Assembly (NCBI RefSeq): GCF_000253055.1
Contig: NC_016070.1
Coordinates: 1,380,001-1,412,000, forward strand
Source: Thermoproteus tenax Kra 1
GTDB taxonomy: Archaea; Thermoproteota; Thermoprotei; Thermoproteales; Thermoproteaceae
DNA: 32,000 bases
Reading direction: 5' to 3'
Shown here piece after piece: positions 15,958 through 24,659 of this stretch. Each line of letters starts with the position of its first letter. Position 1 is the stretch's first letter. The translations under genes and the position numbers were made by a program. Below the pieces are notes generated by a model, which was not told the DNA's origin, did no database searches, and saw nothing but the letters and a program-made list of their open reading frames with translations.

Positions 15958-16312
15958 AGCGTCCATCCGATAAGTCTATTTCAATGCAGTCATCCTGGAC
16001 CTCTCCTTGAAACAACGGCACTCCGGCCAGGACGGCCGCCGTCACTAACATGAGATCCACCGACTTGGCCACTATGGCCAGAGGCGCCTTGCCCTTAAGC
16101 GCCGCATGCCATAGAACATAAGGCCCTACAGTCGATCCTCTTACGTACGGGACCACAAGTATCTTGCCCGACACGGATCTACCAGCGACCTCGCCCGTCT
16201 CTGGGTTTAAATCTCCCAGAAACGATATGGGGCCCATCCTTATCACTTGGGCCTTGATGAGGCCCTTGCCTCTCACTAGGGGCTTAAGAGTAGGCATAGT
16301 TGATGCACTCAA
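15941..16312 (-). CDS. aconitase X swivel-domain protein (DUF126); putative phosphomevalonate dehydratase small subunit
   Basis: Motifs are ISFLGDLNPETGEV, GKILVVPYVRGSTVGPYVL and KGKAPLAIV...AAVLAGVPL, typical of AcnX small subunits. The gene is adjacent to DUF521 and UbiD genes. Confidence 0.75.
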   Translation of the reverse strand: MSASTMPTLKPLVRGKGLIKAQVIRMGPISFLGDLNPETGEVAGRSVSGKILVVPYVRGSTVGPYVLWHAALKGKAPLAIVAKSVDLMLVTAAVLAGVPLFQGEVQDDCIEIDLSDGRYEPCR

Positions 16313-17393
16313 GCGTTCTACAGGGCACCACCTGTACTCCGTGCAGTCTTGGGATGTAGTATATAGACTTCATGGAGTCTGTCGCAATAACCTTATACTT
16401 CCTCGTGTGAGGCGACACGACAAGGCACGATCCGGCAAAGACATATACATTATACTGCCTGAGCCTTTCGATTAGCTCCCTCATTAGGCCGTAGACGCCG
16501 GGAGATGTCGATATTAACAGTGGCTTCCTAGCGGGCCCCCTCTCTAAGATTATCGACGCTATCTTGGCCAACGTGTCTGCATCGAGATGTGGACAGCCAA
16601 GGTAGACCACGTCTGGCTCGGACGTATCTTTGATATACTTTCGTAGATCTTTTTCCTCGACGGTCAGTTTATCTCTGAAGTCGGCCAACGAGAAGTACCT
16701 CCTCCAGTTAGGGGTGACGGCTTCTATGACGGCCGAGATAATGGAGGAATAAGTAGAGAGAGAGGCCGCGAACTCCCTCCTTGACTCCTCGTCCGCTAGC
16801 GTTAGACCCGATATGTAGGGTATGCCTGATCCCAGAGCCTCGCCAACATAGGCTCCGAAGAGCCCCGCCATCAGCGCATCAGCTTGTAATCTTGTCGCCA
16901 CGTACGCAGTGGGGCGGCGTCCCTCAAGAGTGTACATCTCGGTCTTCGGCACGACCCCCGCCAGTGCGGCCAGTAGAGCCAATGGACCTGGGTTCTTGTC
17001 CGACCACGCGTCTCTGAACGTGTTTATATAGGTTATGGCGTTTGATTCGGCCCACGCGTGCACAGTGCCGCTTCTAACTAACATGAGCTCGTAGGGCGCA
17101 CAAGTCGAAAGCGGAGATATGCCCAACTTGATGAACGAGTCCAGAATACGTCTTTGCCCCCTCGCAAACTGTTCGTCTGTCTCCAATATTGAGGTCAAGT
17201 CGATGCCCATGGGGTTCGATGTAGTGAAAACTCTCACTCGGGCGCCGGACTCGGCCAAGCTCTCTATGAACTTGGCGCCGTACTCGCCTACAGTGAGATA
17301 GGATACCCCCGAGACATGCGCCGTCTCGATCTCAACGACCTCGCCTCCAGATACTGCATCGGCTATCTTTCTAACGGCCTCGATGGCGTTCAT
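16284..17393 (-). CDS. aconitase X catalytic-domain protein (DUF521); putative phosphomevalonate dehydratase large subunit
   Basis: ETAHVSGVSYLTVGEYGAKFIESLAESGARVRVFTTSNPMGIDL is the typical DUF521 N-terminus. The start overlaps the UbiD stop by 4 nt (ATGA). Confidence 0.75.
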   Translation of the reverse strand: MNAIEAVRKIADAVSGGEVVEIETAHVSGVSYLTVGEYGAKFIESLAESGARVRVFTTSNPMGIDLTSILETDEQFARGQRRILDSFIKLGISPLSTCAPYELMLVRSGTVHAWAESNAITYINTFRDAWSDKNPGPLALLAALAGVVPKTEMYTLEGRRPTAYVATRLQADALMAGLFGAYVGEALGSGIPYISGLTLADEESRREFAASLSTYSSIISAVIEAVTPNWRRYFSLADFRDKLTVEEKDLRKYIKDTSEPDVVYLGCPHLDADTLAKIASIILERGPARKPLLISTSPGVYGLMRELIERLRQYNVYVFAGSCLVVSPHTRKYKVIATDSMKSIYYIPRLHGVQVVPCRTLECINYAYS

Positions 17394-18661
17394 GGTATCT
17401 TGGCCTTCTCAAATAACCTTGGATCTTTGTCCAACGGCCTTGTTGCATCCACAGCAACTTTGAACGTCAGCCCCTCCTCGTTCAGTGCCATGGGATCCAA
17501 CGTCGATCCTCTGGCGTACGGTACTACAACAAGGCCTCTGTCGGCTCTGAACCTAGTCGCTAGAGCCCACTCTACGTCGCGCGGGTCGTCTGGATCTATA
17601 TCTTCATCTACGACCACCACGTGCTTAAGGCTTGGGTGGGCCGCGAAAGCCGCTAATGCCGCGTTTTTGGCGTCGCCCTCCACGCTCTTCTTGATCGATA
17701 TAACTGCGTGCATCCAGCCGAATCCGCCGGGGGTTAGCCTAACTTTGATTACCTTGGGCACCACCGAAGATACATAGCGCCATATCTTCGCCTCGCGCTC
17801 AAAGCCCATCAGCAGTTGGTGCTCTCGGCCGGCGGGGAGAAGGTAGTGCACAATAGGGCTGTCCTTTAGTACGTATATCTTTTCTATCTTCACGACGGGC
17901 TGTTTTCTCACTTGGTCGTAGGTTCCCACCACGTCCACATAGGGCCCCTCGTCGGCTAGCTCGTCTGTAATATAGCCCTCCATGATCACCGAGGCCAAGT
18001 ACGGCGCAGTCACGCCGTTGTCGAGCTCGACGGCCTTAAGGCCTCCTAGAAGTTTGGAGGCCACGCCTAACTCAAACACGCCATACGGAGGCGAGGATGC
18101 AGCGGCTAACAGAATGAGGGGGTGTAGACCCCACGATACGGCCACAGGGGTGGGTCTCCCGAGCTCCCTCCATTTGTTGTAAATAGAGTAGAGGTGTCTC
18201 GGCACGATCCTGATGACGGCCTTGTTGCGCCCTATAGGCGTGAACCGGTGTATAGAGGCGTTCAAGGCGCCGTCGGGCGCTCTCGCCACAATAACCGCCG
18301 ATGTTATATAGGGCGCTGCCTCTTTCTCGTAGTATCTCACACAGGGCAGTGATCTGAGGTCCTCAAGCGCCTTGTATTCGTCACGCCAGCTGGAGACCAC
18401 GGCGATGTTCGTCGGGTTCTCCTCGGCGTCTAACAACTTTCTGTACGCCTCTTCGTCGGTAGTAACGCCGAGGGCTCTCATCAACTTACTTCTTGAGTCC
18501 AACAGATTGCCTGTTCCATGGAAGTCTCCGCCGACGCTTTCAAACAACGGGACTGCAACTGCCTCCGTCTCCTTCAAGATCTTCGCAATCTTGAATTCCT
18601 CATAGGGCGGCCTATACCTTTTAACGTCGTTGAGCCTGCTTATGTACTCCTGAAGCGACAC
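17390..18661 (-). CDS. UbiD-family decarboxylase; putative anhydromevalonate phosphate decarboxylase
   Basis: A 423-aa UbiD-like sequence (...YYEKEAAPYITSAVIVARAPDG.LNASIHRF..., GGFGWMHAVISIKK...). It lies in an operon with the AcnX subunits. GTG start, with an A/T box at 18684-18694. Confidence 0.75.
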   Translation of the reverse strand: MSLQEYISRLNDVKRYRPPYEEFKIAKILKETEAVAVPLFESVGGDFHGTGNLLDSRSKLMRALGVTTDEEAYRKLLDAEENPTNIAVVSSWRDEYKALEDLRSLPCVRYYEKEAAPYITSAVIVARAPDGALNASIHRFTPIGRNKAVIRIVPRHLYSIYNKWRELGRPTPVAVSWGLHPLILLAAASSPPYGVFELGVASKLLGGLKAVELDNGVTAPYLASVIMEGYITDELADEGPYVDVVGTYDQVRKQPVVKIEKIYVLKDSPIVHYLLPAGREHQLLMGFEREAKIWRYVSSVVPKVIKVRLTPGGFGWMHAVISIKKSVEGDAKNAALAAFAAHPSLKHVVVVDEDIDPDDPRDVEWALATRFRADRGLVVVPYARGSTLDPMALNEEGLTFKVAVDATRPLDKDPRLFEKAKIP

Positions 18662-18779
18662 GGAAACTTCTGATCTCTAAGAGGTTAAAATAATGCCCAT
18701 GCCTTGCGCACCGGTCGGACTGCCGGCTAAATCACTCCTTAGGTCATGGCGCAGAGACCCACGTAGAAAGCTTAAAAAT

Positions 18780-18797
18780 GGCCCCCCTCAGGGGGCC
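18780..18797. promoter_or_regulatory. GC palindrome between the TATA box and the start codon of the zinc-ribbon gene
   Basis: ggccccc-ctca-gggggcc forms a 7-bp stem. It lies directly between cttaaaaat (18771-18779) and the ATG at 18798. Confidence 0.3.
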
Positions 18798-19049
18798 ATG
18801 TCTGAGGGAGGTGAGTGGGAGTTCCCTGAGGATTGGGAATATGCGGGCGGCGTGCCCGAGAGGACGCTTAAGGTGAAGGCCAAATGCCCCAAGTGTGGCC
18901 ACGTGTTTGAAGTTGAAATCGGAGAGAGTTGGTACAACATGGGCTTCAGCATCGCGTGTCCAAAATGTGGATACCAATTCCCGATCAATATGTACGGCGA
19001 GGTTGTCGGCGAGGTTAAGCCCCAGAAGCAACAAGCGAAGAAGAAATAA
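18798..19049 (+). CDS. small zinc-ribbon protein (83 aa)
   Basis: Two CPKCG motifs (KCPKCGHVF...ACPKCGYQF), an acidic N-terminus and a lysine-rich tail. This is the internal ATG of track ORF 18693..19049, placed about 24 nt from the TATA box. Confidence 0.7.
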   Translation: MSEGGEWEFPEDWEYAGGVPERTLKVKAKCPKCGHVFEVEIGESWYNMGFSIACPKCGYQFPINMYGEVVGEVKPQKQQAKKK

Positions 19050-19119
19050 TACAGGCATAGTTTTTGAATATAGCGATTCAATAAAACTAACCATTTAGTT
19101 ATCGACGGCCCGACTTGAT

Positions 19120-19503
19120 ATGGAGCCCATCAGGAAAATAGAGGAGGGCCTTAAAGAGCTCTACACTGCGAACGTGGGAAAGATCGAGAGAGAGCCTGAC
19201 GTAGATATATATGAGCAGGGAGAGAGCCTTCTAATATTAATAGACCTGCCAGGCTTTAGAAAAGACTCTATAAAGGTCAAACTGTTTGAACATGCAGTAG
19301 AGATAACCGCTCTTCCCAACTCGGACGTGCCGGGCCGTGCCATAACGAGGGAGAGGGCGGCTAACTTCCCGGTCCAGAGAAGAATCGAGCTGCCGTTTAG
19401 GCTTAGGGTCGATACCGCAAAGGCTATATACAAGGACGGCGTCCTTCAGATATCTGCCGTCAAGGCGGGCGAGTTGGGCACTGCCGAGCTGAAGATCGAC
19501 TAA
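19120..19503 (+). CDS. hsp20: small heat-shock protein, Hsp20/alpha-crystallin family
   Basis: Motifs are [27 protein letters not shown], then RRIELPFRL and [10 protein letters not shown]. Confidence 0.85.
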   Translation: MEPIRKIEEGLKELYTANVGKIEREPDVDIYEQGESLLILIDLPGFRKDSIKVKLFEHAVEITALPNSDVPGRAITRERAANFPVQRRIELPFRLRVDTAKAIYKDGVLQISAVKAGELGTAELKID

Positions 19504-20048
19504 AGTTTCGCCCACCTGAAGCCTATTAGAGCAACTTCGTTGCTTGGTTTTAACACTGTCGCAAAAGTGAACGTTTTTCTGACAGAGTGGGAGAGACGCC
19601 CGCCTCTTGCTATATCTGTGGCGCTTATCCCTCTGTCCGGCTCTAGAAACACGACGACCATCGGCGCATGGTCTATTCCGGGCCCCTTCTCATACACTGA
19701 AAACAGCGCTCCAAACTTAAGACCCGATTTTACAATGTACCCTAAATCTCTGAAATGTTTATATATAAGATAGATATCATCGAAGTTTTTTATATTCTCT
19801 CTTCCAATTTTTCTCAGTTCTTCTATTTCTATTTTTTTATCATCTTCGTATACCTCGAGTATGCCCCTCTCGGCCAGATATAATGCCTCATACAAGGCCA
19901 GAACAAGCGGAGACTCCAGTTTGTCGACCTCATCCAGCTTGACCTTATCTTTCAACAAGAATTTGCCGTAGAAGCCCCTCTTATATATAGCCCGCGCCTC
20001 TTGCGGGTCTTCAATTACTACCGCTAGGCCTCTGAGAACTCCCCTCAT
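19500..20048 (-). CDS. endA: tRNA-splicing endonuclease, catalytic subunit
   Basis: Motifs are [39 protein letters not shown] and [13 protein letters not shown], the catalytic Y/H/K region. The 182-aa size is typical of the crenarchaeal catalytic subunit. Confidence 0.85.
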   Translation of the reverse strand: MRGVLRGLAVVIEDPQEARAIYKRGFYGKFLLKDKVKLDEVDKLESPLVLALYEALYLAERGILEVYEDDKKIEIEELRKIGRENIKNFDDIYLIYKHFRDLGYIVKSGLKFGALFSVYEKGPGIDHAPMVVVFLEPDRGISATDIARGGRLSHSVRKTFTFATVLKPSNEVALIGFRWAKL

Positions 20049-20386
20049 CTAATCTTCCTCAAAGTCACAACGGTGCCCTCGGCTATTCCCAAGGACTTGA
20101 GATCCTCGTGATTGACCCAGATCTCGTTGTGGGGCACTTTCTCGTCAACGACCACTCTGAACAATCTCTTCTTCTCGCCCTCCACAAGCTCCGCCTCGCT
20201 GGGAGACTCCATCTCTTCGGCAACAGTCTTGTTCACCTTGACGGCCCCCTTATCCACATTGTCTACTCCCTTAACTCTAAGCCTCCTCTCGCCTCTAGCC
20301 CCCCTCTTTTCCTCTTTTTCTGGTCTCAAGAACGGGGGCACAAGCACTCTCTTCCCCCGCTCGATCTCTCCCATGTATTTATCCAC
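20045..20386 (-). CDS. small protein with a Cdc48-N/VAT-Nn-like double-psi beta-barrel pattern (tentative)
   Basis: [24 protein letters not shown]...[42 protein letters not shown] resembles the duplicated barrel halves of Cdc48 N-domains. The stop overlaps the endA start (ATGA), and the gene starts 11 nt after the glyS stop. Confidence 0.45.
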   Translation of the reverse strand: MDKYMGEIERGKRVLVPPFLRPEKEEKRGARGERRLRVKGVDNVDKGAVKVNKTVAEEMESPSEAELVEGEKKRLFRVVVDEKVPHNEIWVNHEDLKSLGIAEGTVVTLRKIR

Positions 20387-20397
20387 CCTCTAAATTT

Positions 20398-22158
20398 TTA
20401 TGTGTTTCTGAAAACGATGCCGCCAAGCTCAGCCGCAACGTCGCCAAAGGGCCTTCCTGATAGTATTTTTGTCACGAATAGGACGACCATCCCTATATCG
20501 ATCCTCACTTGGCTCTTAGTATCTCTATCTCTAGCCGTCACTGTGTTGTTCTGTGGTGTGACCTCGTCTATTGTTATGGCCACTGGAGTTCCTATCTCAT
20601 CGCACATGGCGTATCTGCTACCTATAGTGCCCTCGTCGTCGTAAATAGCGGTGAGCCCAGACCTCCAGAGCCCTCTGACGAGAGATCTGCCGATCTCCAC
20701 GTACTCCTTCCTTTTAACTATGGGAAGTACGCATGCGGCCACCGGCGCGATGTCGGGGGGCAGCCTTAGGTAGGTTCTTTCGCCCTCTATAGTCACGGCA
20801 TGTTCCAATGTCACATATAGTATTCTGTCGAGACCAAAAGAGGGCTCAACTACGTGCGGTATGAACTTCTCCACGTCGGTCCTCCTGACCTCACGTTTTA
20901 TGAAGACCATGTCGCGAGTTATCTCGAAATCGCCGAGTTCTACTCTGTCTGTCTCGGCCAACCGGGCTACGAGCTGTTGGTTGCTCTGGATCGCCCTTAT
21001 GACCTCGCCCATTTTATCTCCATATTTAGCTCTAATCGCCTGCGGGTTTGGATACACTCTGACCTCCACGATCTCCCTGGGCTCCTTCAACCTTCTCTCC
21101 AGAGCCATGTCATAACCGCTGAACTGTGCGTGTCTGGATAAGTCGTAGTCAGTCCTATATGCGTGGCCAGAGACCTCGACCCAACCGAACCTCTCCGTGA
21201 GCACCATCTGGTCGTACGACCTCGAGCTATAGTGTGCCCGCTCCTGGGGCAGTTTGCCCAAAAACTTCTGTCTCTCAAGGGGGACTCCCAGCTCTTTCAT
21301 GAACTTGGCGGCCAGGGCCATGAAGAAAGCCATCCACTCGTTCGCGTAGCCTCTGGCTACGACCTCGCGCGCAGTGATCATTAAGGGCTCGGTGTTCCCC
21401 TTAGCGACTAACTCCTCGGGCACTATAGGTATCTCTAGGCTCTCCACCTCGGAGAAATAGGGACATGAGGGGTTCTGGGGATCGAAGAACAGCTCTATCT
21501 CCATTTGGCTGAACTCTCTCAGTCTGATAAGGCCTTGTCTCGGCGATATCTCGTTCCTGCCCACTCGGCCTATCTGGGCTACGCCGAAGGGCGTCCTCCT
21601 CCCCACGTACTCCGCCAAGCGTGGGAACGCCACAAACATCCCTTGGGCGGTCTCAGGTCGTAGATAGCCCGCCTCGTTGGCGTAGGGCCCTATTGTCGTC
21701 TTGAACAATAGATTGAACCTCTCCGACTTGCCCAGAGGGCCGCCGCAGGCCGGACACTTTATTCCATACTTAGCTATTATTTCGTCCAATTGCTCCCCGG
21801 AGAGTCCCTCCAAGCTTAGCTTGATGCCCTTCTCCGCGAGAGCCTCCTCTATCAGATGATCGGCTCTGTACCTCCTCCCACACTTCTGGCACGACACAAC
21901 GTAGTCCGTGAAGTGCTCTAGGTGGCCCGACGCCTTGAACACTATCTCGGGCATTATGATCGGAGTCTCCACCTCGATGATAGTGTCCTGATACGGCAAC
22001 ACAAAGGTCCGCCTCCATTTCTCGACGATATTGCGCCTCATCTGCACAGCCAGCGGCCCATAGTCGTAAAATCCGCCGACTCCGCCGTATATCTCTGAGG
22101 ACGGCCAGTAGAGTAACCTCTTCTTAACTATACTCTCCAGTTTCTCGGCGCGCTGCAT
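20398..22158 (-). CDS. glyS: glycyl-tRNA synthetase (archaeal/eukaryal alpha2 type)
   Basis: Motifs are SSEIYGGVGGFYDYGPLAVQMRRNI, LRPETAQGMF and FSQMEIELF (class II motifs). ATG 22158 is preferred over the TTG at 22170. Confidence 0.9.
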   Translation of the reverse strand: MQRAEKLESIVKKRLLYWPSSEIYGGVGGFYDYGPLAVQMRRNIVEKWRRTFVLPYQDTIIEVETPIIMPEIVFKASGHLEHFTDYVVSCQKCGRRYRADHLIEEALAEKGIKLSLEGLSGEQLDEIIAKYGIKCPACGGPLGKSERFNLLFKTTIGPYANEAGYLRPETAQGMFVAFPRLAEYVGRRTPFGVAQIGRVGRNEISPRQGLIRLREFSQMEIELFFDPQNPSCPYFSEVESLEIPIVPEELVAKGNTEPLMITAREVVARGYANEWMAFFMALAAKFMKELGVPLERQKFLGKLPQERAHYSSRSYDQMVLTERFGWVEVSGHAYRTDYDLSRHAQFSGYDMALERRLKEPREIVEVRVYPNPQAIRAKYGDKMGEVIRAIQSNQQLVARLAETDRVELGDFEITRDMVFIKREVRRTDVEKFIPHVVEPSFGLDRILYVTLEHAVTIEGERTYLRLPPDIAPVAACVLPIVKRKEYVEIGRSLVRGLWRSGLTAIYDDEGTIGSRYAMCDEIGTPVAITIDEVTPQNNTVTARDRDTKSQVRIDIGMVVLFVTKILSGRPFGDVAAELGGIVFRNT

Positions 22159-22228
22159 ATGCTCCCTCAAACACCGTTATTAATCAATTGGCCCACGTTT
22201 TTAAACTCCGTCGACAACTTCCGCGGCC

Positions 22229-23039
22229 ATGAGGCCATGTCATCCTCGCGATGTGAAATTATTGGGGGCGCCTATGGAGGATACCCTCAGCTTTAAGCCT
22301 GGCACTAAGTTCGCTCCACTGAAGTTGAGAGAGATCTTGCCCTACTTGGAGTACACACAGCATTCGGGAACGCCAACAGCCCTGCGATGTGGGGGACGTC
22401 GATCTTCTACAGGGAGCGCCCGCAGAGAATTTGGCGCGCATTGAGAGGGCTCTGAGGGCTCTGGATCCTCCGTGGATAATGGTTGGCGGCGAGCATACAG
22501 CCACATTGGCTGCGCTCAGAGCGCTGAGGCCCAAGACCTATATCCACATAGATGCCCATATGGACAGCAGAGATGCTTGGCCGCCGGGCCAGAAGCTCTC
22601 CCACGCTACATTCGTCCGGCGGGCGGCCGAGGAGCTGGGCATTTATACAATATATATAGCCGTGAGGGCCTACGACGATGAGGAGGCCGTTTTCGCGAAA
22701 AAGGCCGGCTTCCTAGTCGTAGATGGCAATAGAAAGGTCACTAGGGCCCAGCTGTTGGACGCTCTGGCCACGGCCACGAGGCCTGCTTATGTCTCTTTGG
22801 ACCTAGACGTCATGGATCCCTCCGATTTTCCCGCGGTGGGAACGCCGGAGGCGGGCGGGCTCACCTTCAGGGAGCTGGAGGGTATATATCTCGACGTATT
22901 GCTCGAGTCTAAGCCGGCCGCTGTCGACATAATGGAGTTCTCGCCCCCCAACGACGTGGCTGACATTGGAGCCGTGAAGCTGGCGAGACTGTTGCTGACG
23001 GCTACGAAGATACTGGCCGAATTGTCGCGCAGACGCTAG
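22229..23039 (+). pseudogene. speB: agmatinase/arginase-family gene interrupted by a 1-nt frameshift
   Basis: The N-terminal 45-50 aa (VKLLGAPMEDTLSFKPGTKFAPLKLREILPYLEYTQHSG) are in the frame that starts at ATG 22229, about 25 nt after the tttttaaac box. The rest (CDVGDVD...GGEHTATL...IDAHMDSRD...SLDLDVMDP) is in the next frame. The frames switch between about 22367 and 22386. The first frame stops at 22444. Confidence 0.7.
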
Positions 23040-23236
23040 ACGGCAGGCACCCTTTTGACCATAGGGGAACGGACCTTAAGTATTATCTTGTAGTTACAGT
23101 AGGGGCAACGGATGCCTGGCAAAATCTCCATCTCGCTTCTGGAGAAGGTCCTCCCGCACCTCATGCACATATAGATCTTCCTATCTCCCCCGCCGCCCGT
23201 CGTCTCCACCTCGCCGGCTGGCGTCTCCTCGGCCAT
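23036..23236 (-). CDS. rpoP: DNA-directed RNA polymerase subunit P (Rpo12/RpoP) with about a 20-aa N-terminal extension
   Basis: [10 protein letters not shown]...[15 protein letters not shown] is a zinc ribbon typical of RpoP. A tttatatat box lies about 20-28 nt upstream of the ATG at 23236. Confidence 0.8.
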   Translation of the reverse strand: MAEETPAGEVETTGGGGDRKIYMCMRCGRTFSRSEMEILPGIRCPYCNYKIILKVRSPMVKRVPAV

Positions 23237-23264
23237 GGGCCGTAGGAGCCTCCGAATATATAAA

Positions 23265-23765
23265 TTATCCTTCCTCGAAGAGGAGGCGCACTCTCTCCGA
23301 GCCTCCCACCTCGTCTATGAAGCTTGCGACTACGTCGGGCACTAGCTTGCGCCACTCCCCGTTGCCCGTCGCCATCATCTGTCTGATGCGCCTGCCGGAA
23401 TACCTCTCCCTCTCAAACAGAGGATGTGTTCTGACCTCAATGCCCGCATACGACAACGCGACTTTGACATAGTTGTTATTGGAAAAGGCGATGGAGAATG
23501 GCGGACACCAATGCCTAATGTAGGCCCCCCACAGACTCGACAATCCGCCTGTGTCGGGCACAGTGCATATGGCCAGACGTCTCCCGAAGGTCCTATAGAA
23601 CATCTCAATCCTCTCGCCTGCAGTGAATGGGTTGTCCTTGGTCAGCCCCTTGTCCGCCGAGCCTATGACTATCAATACGTCGTCGTACTTCTCCGTCAGC
23701 CACTCTATAACCTTAGCATGTCCCAGATGGAGGGGCTGAAATCTGCCAATGAACGCCACTCTCAC
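23265..23765 (-). CDS. nadM: nicotinamide-nucleotide adenylyltransferase (archaeal NMNAT)
   Basis: Motifs are [25 protein letters not shown] and [14 protein letters not shown] start. Confidence 0.85.
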   Translation of the reverse strand: MRVAFIGRFQPLHLGHAKVIEWLTEKYDDVLIVIGSADKGLTKDNPFTAGERIEMFYRTFGRRLAICTVPDTGGLSSLWGAYIRHWCPPFSIAFSNNNYVKVALSYAGIEVRTHPLFERERYSGRRIRQMMATGNGEWRKLVPDVVASFIDEVGGSERVRLLFEEG

Positions 23766-23854
23766 AACGTCAGGTCGCAGGCGCCTATTAAAAATTCAGC
23801 CAGTATGCCTCTCTTCATAGCTACGACGCGAGCTACCTCATCATAACCAATGGA

Positions 23855-23947
23855 TGGGGCCGCCGGGATTTGAACTTCCCCCGGCGTCCGCCGTCCGGGG
23901 TCTCGCGGGCCCAAGCCGCGCATCCTACCAGGCTAGACCACGGCCCC
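23855..23947 (-). tRNA. tRNA-Pro (anticodon TGG) with a 19-nt intron in the T-arm
   Basis: The reverse complement reads GGGGCCG TG GTCT AGCCTGGTA GGAT G CGCGG CTTGGGC CCGCG AGACC CCGG[ACGGCGGACGCCGGGGGAA]G TTCAAAT CCCGG CGGCCCC A. The T-stem CCGGG/CCCGG forms only after the insert is removed. Exon CCCCGG can pair with intron CCGGGG, a BHB-like arrangement. Confidence 0.8.
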
Positions 23948-23966
23948 CTTTGCTTTCTATGGCCAG

Positions 23967-23976
23967 ATTTTAAAAC
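23967..23976 (-). promoter_or_regulatory. TATA-like box for tRNA-Pro
   Basis: attttaaaac lies 20-29 nt upstream of the tRNA 5' end at 23947. Confidence 0.55.
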
Positions 23977-23985
23977 AATAGCTGC

Positions 23986-24020
23986 CTAGAGGACGCCGCA
24001 ACGGACCTAGGGACGCCGCA
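23986..24020. repeat. two direct copies of CTAG(A)GGACGCCGCA spaced 20 bp apart
   Basis: GGACGCCGCA occurs exactly at 23991-24000 and 24011-24020, each time preceded by CTAG(A). The copies lie upstream of the tRNA-Pro TATA box and just 3' of the CBS gene stop codon. Confidence 0.4.
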
Positions 24021-24425
24021 CTACCTCGGGCTAGTGCGTTGGGCCAACATGGAGAGGACTATCCTCTCTGCTAAGAAATCTCTTATCGAGATAACCCCGT
24101 AGATTTCCTCTCCCCTCATCACGACTACATGCCTAATGTTTAATTGTCTCATTAGAGACCAGACTGCCTCGATATCGTCATTGAAGTTCACTGTGACAAC
24201 CTCTCGTTGCATTATAGACTCAACAGGAGTATCTGGGGAGACCCCCGATGCAACAGCCTTCACAATATCTCTCTCAGACACTACACCGACCAATCTGCCC
24301 GAGGACAGCACAGGCAGAAAGCCTATGCGCCGCTCCGCCATAAGTCTGGCTGCGTCCGCTATAGTGGCCTTGGAATCTATAACTATGGGGGGTCTCTTGG
24401 CGATAGAGCCCGCCTTCATATTCAA
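24021..24425 (-). CDS. CBS-domain pair protein
   Basis: Two CBS repeats: IGFLPVLSSGRLVGVVSERDIV and IRHVVVMRGEEIYGVISIRDFL. Confidence 0.85.
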   Translation of the reverse strand: MNMKAGSIAKRPPIVIDSKATIADAARLMAERRIGFLPVLSSGRLVGVVSERDIVKAVASGVSPDTPVESIMQREVVTVNFNDDIEAVWSLMRQLNIRHVVVMRGEEIYGVISIRDFLAERIVLSMLAQRTSPR

Positions 24426-24659
24426 AAATGTGACTTAAACTTTTAAAATAGTATTTCGAATAAGTTAGCAAATTTATTATATATAAATATATGTTATTCT
24501 TTTTGTTTTACAATATATATTTCTAATAATTATCTAAAAATAAATTTTTATTTTAATTGTAGTTGCTGTGTAACTATGGCAAAATTTGCTTTCAATTGTC
24601 CATTGATTTCTCTTTCAACTATCTTGTTGTGTTAGTCTGCCCCAGCTAACACTGACTTC

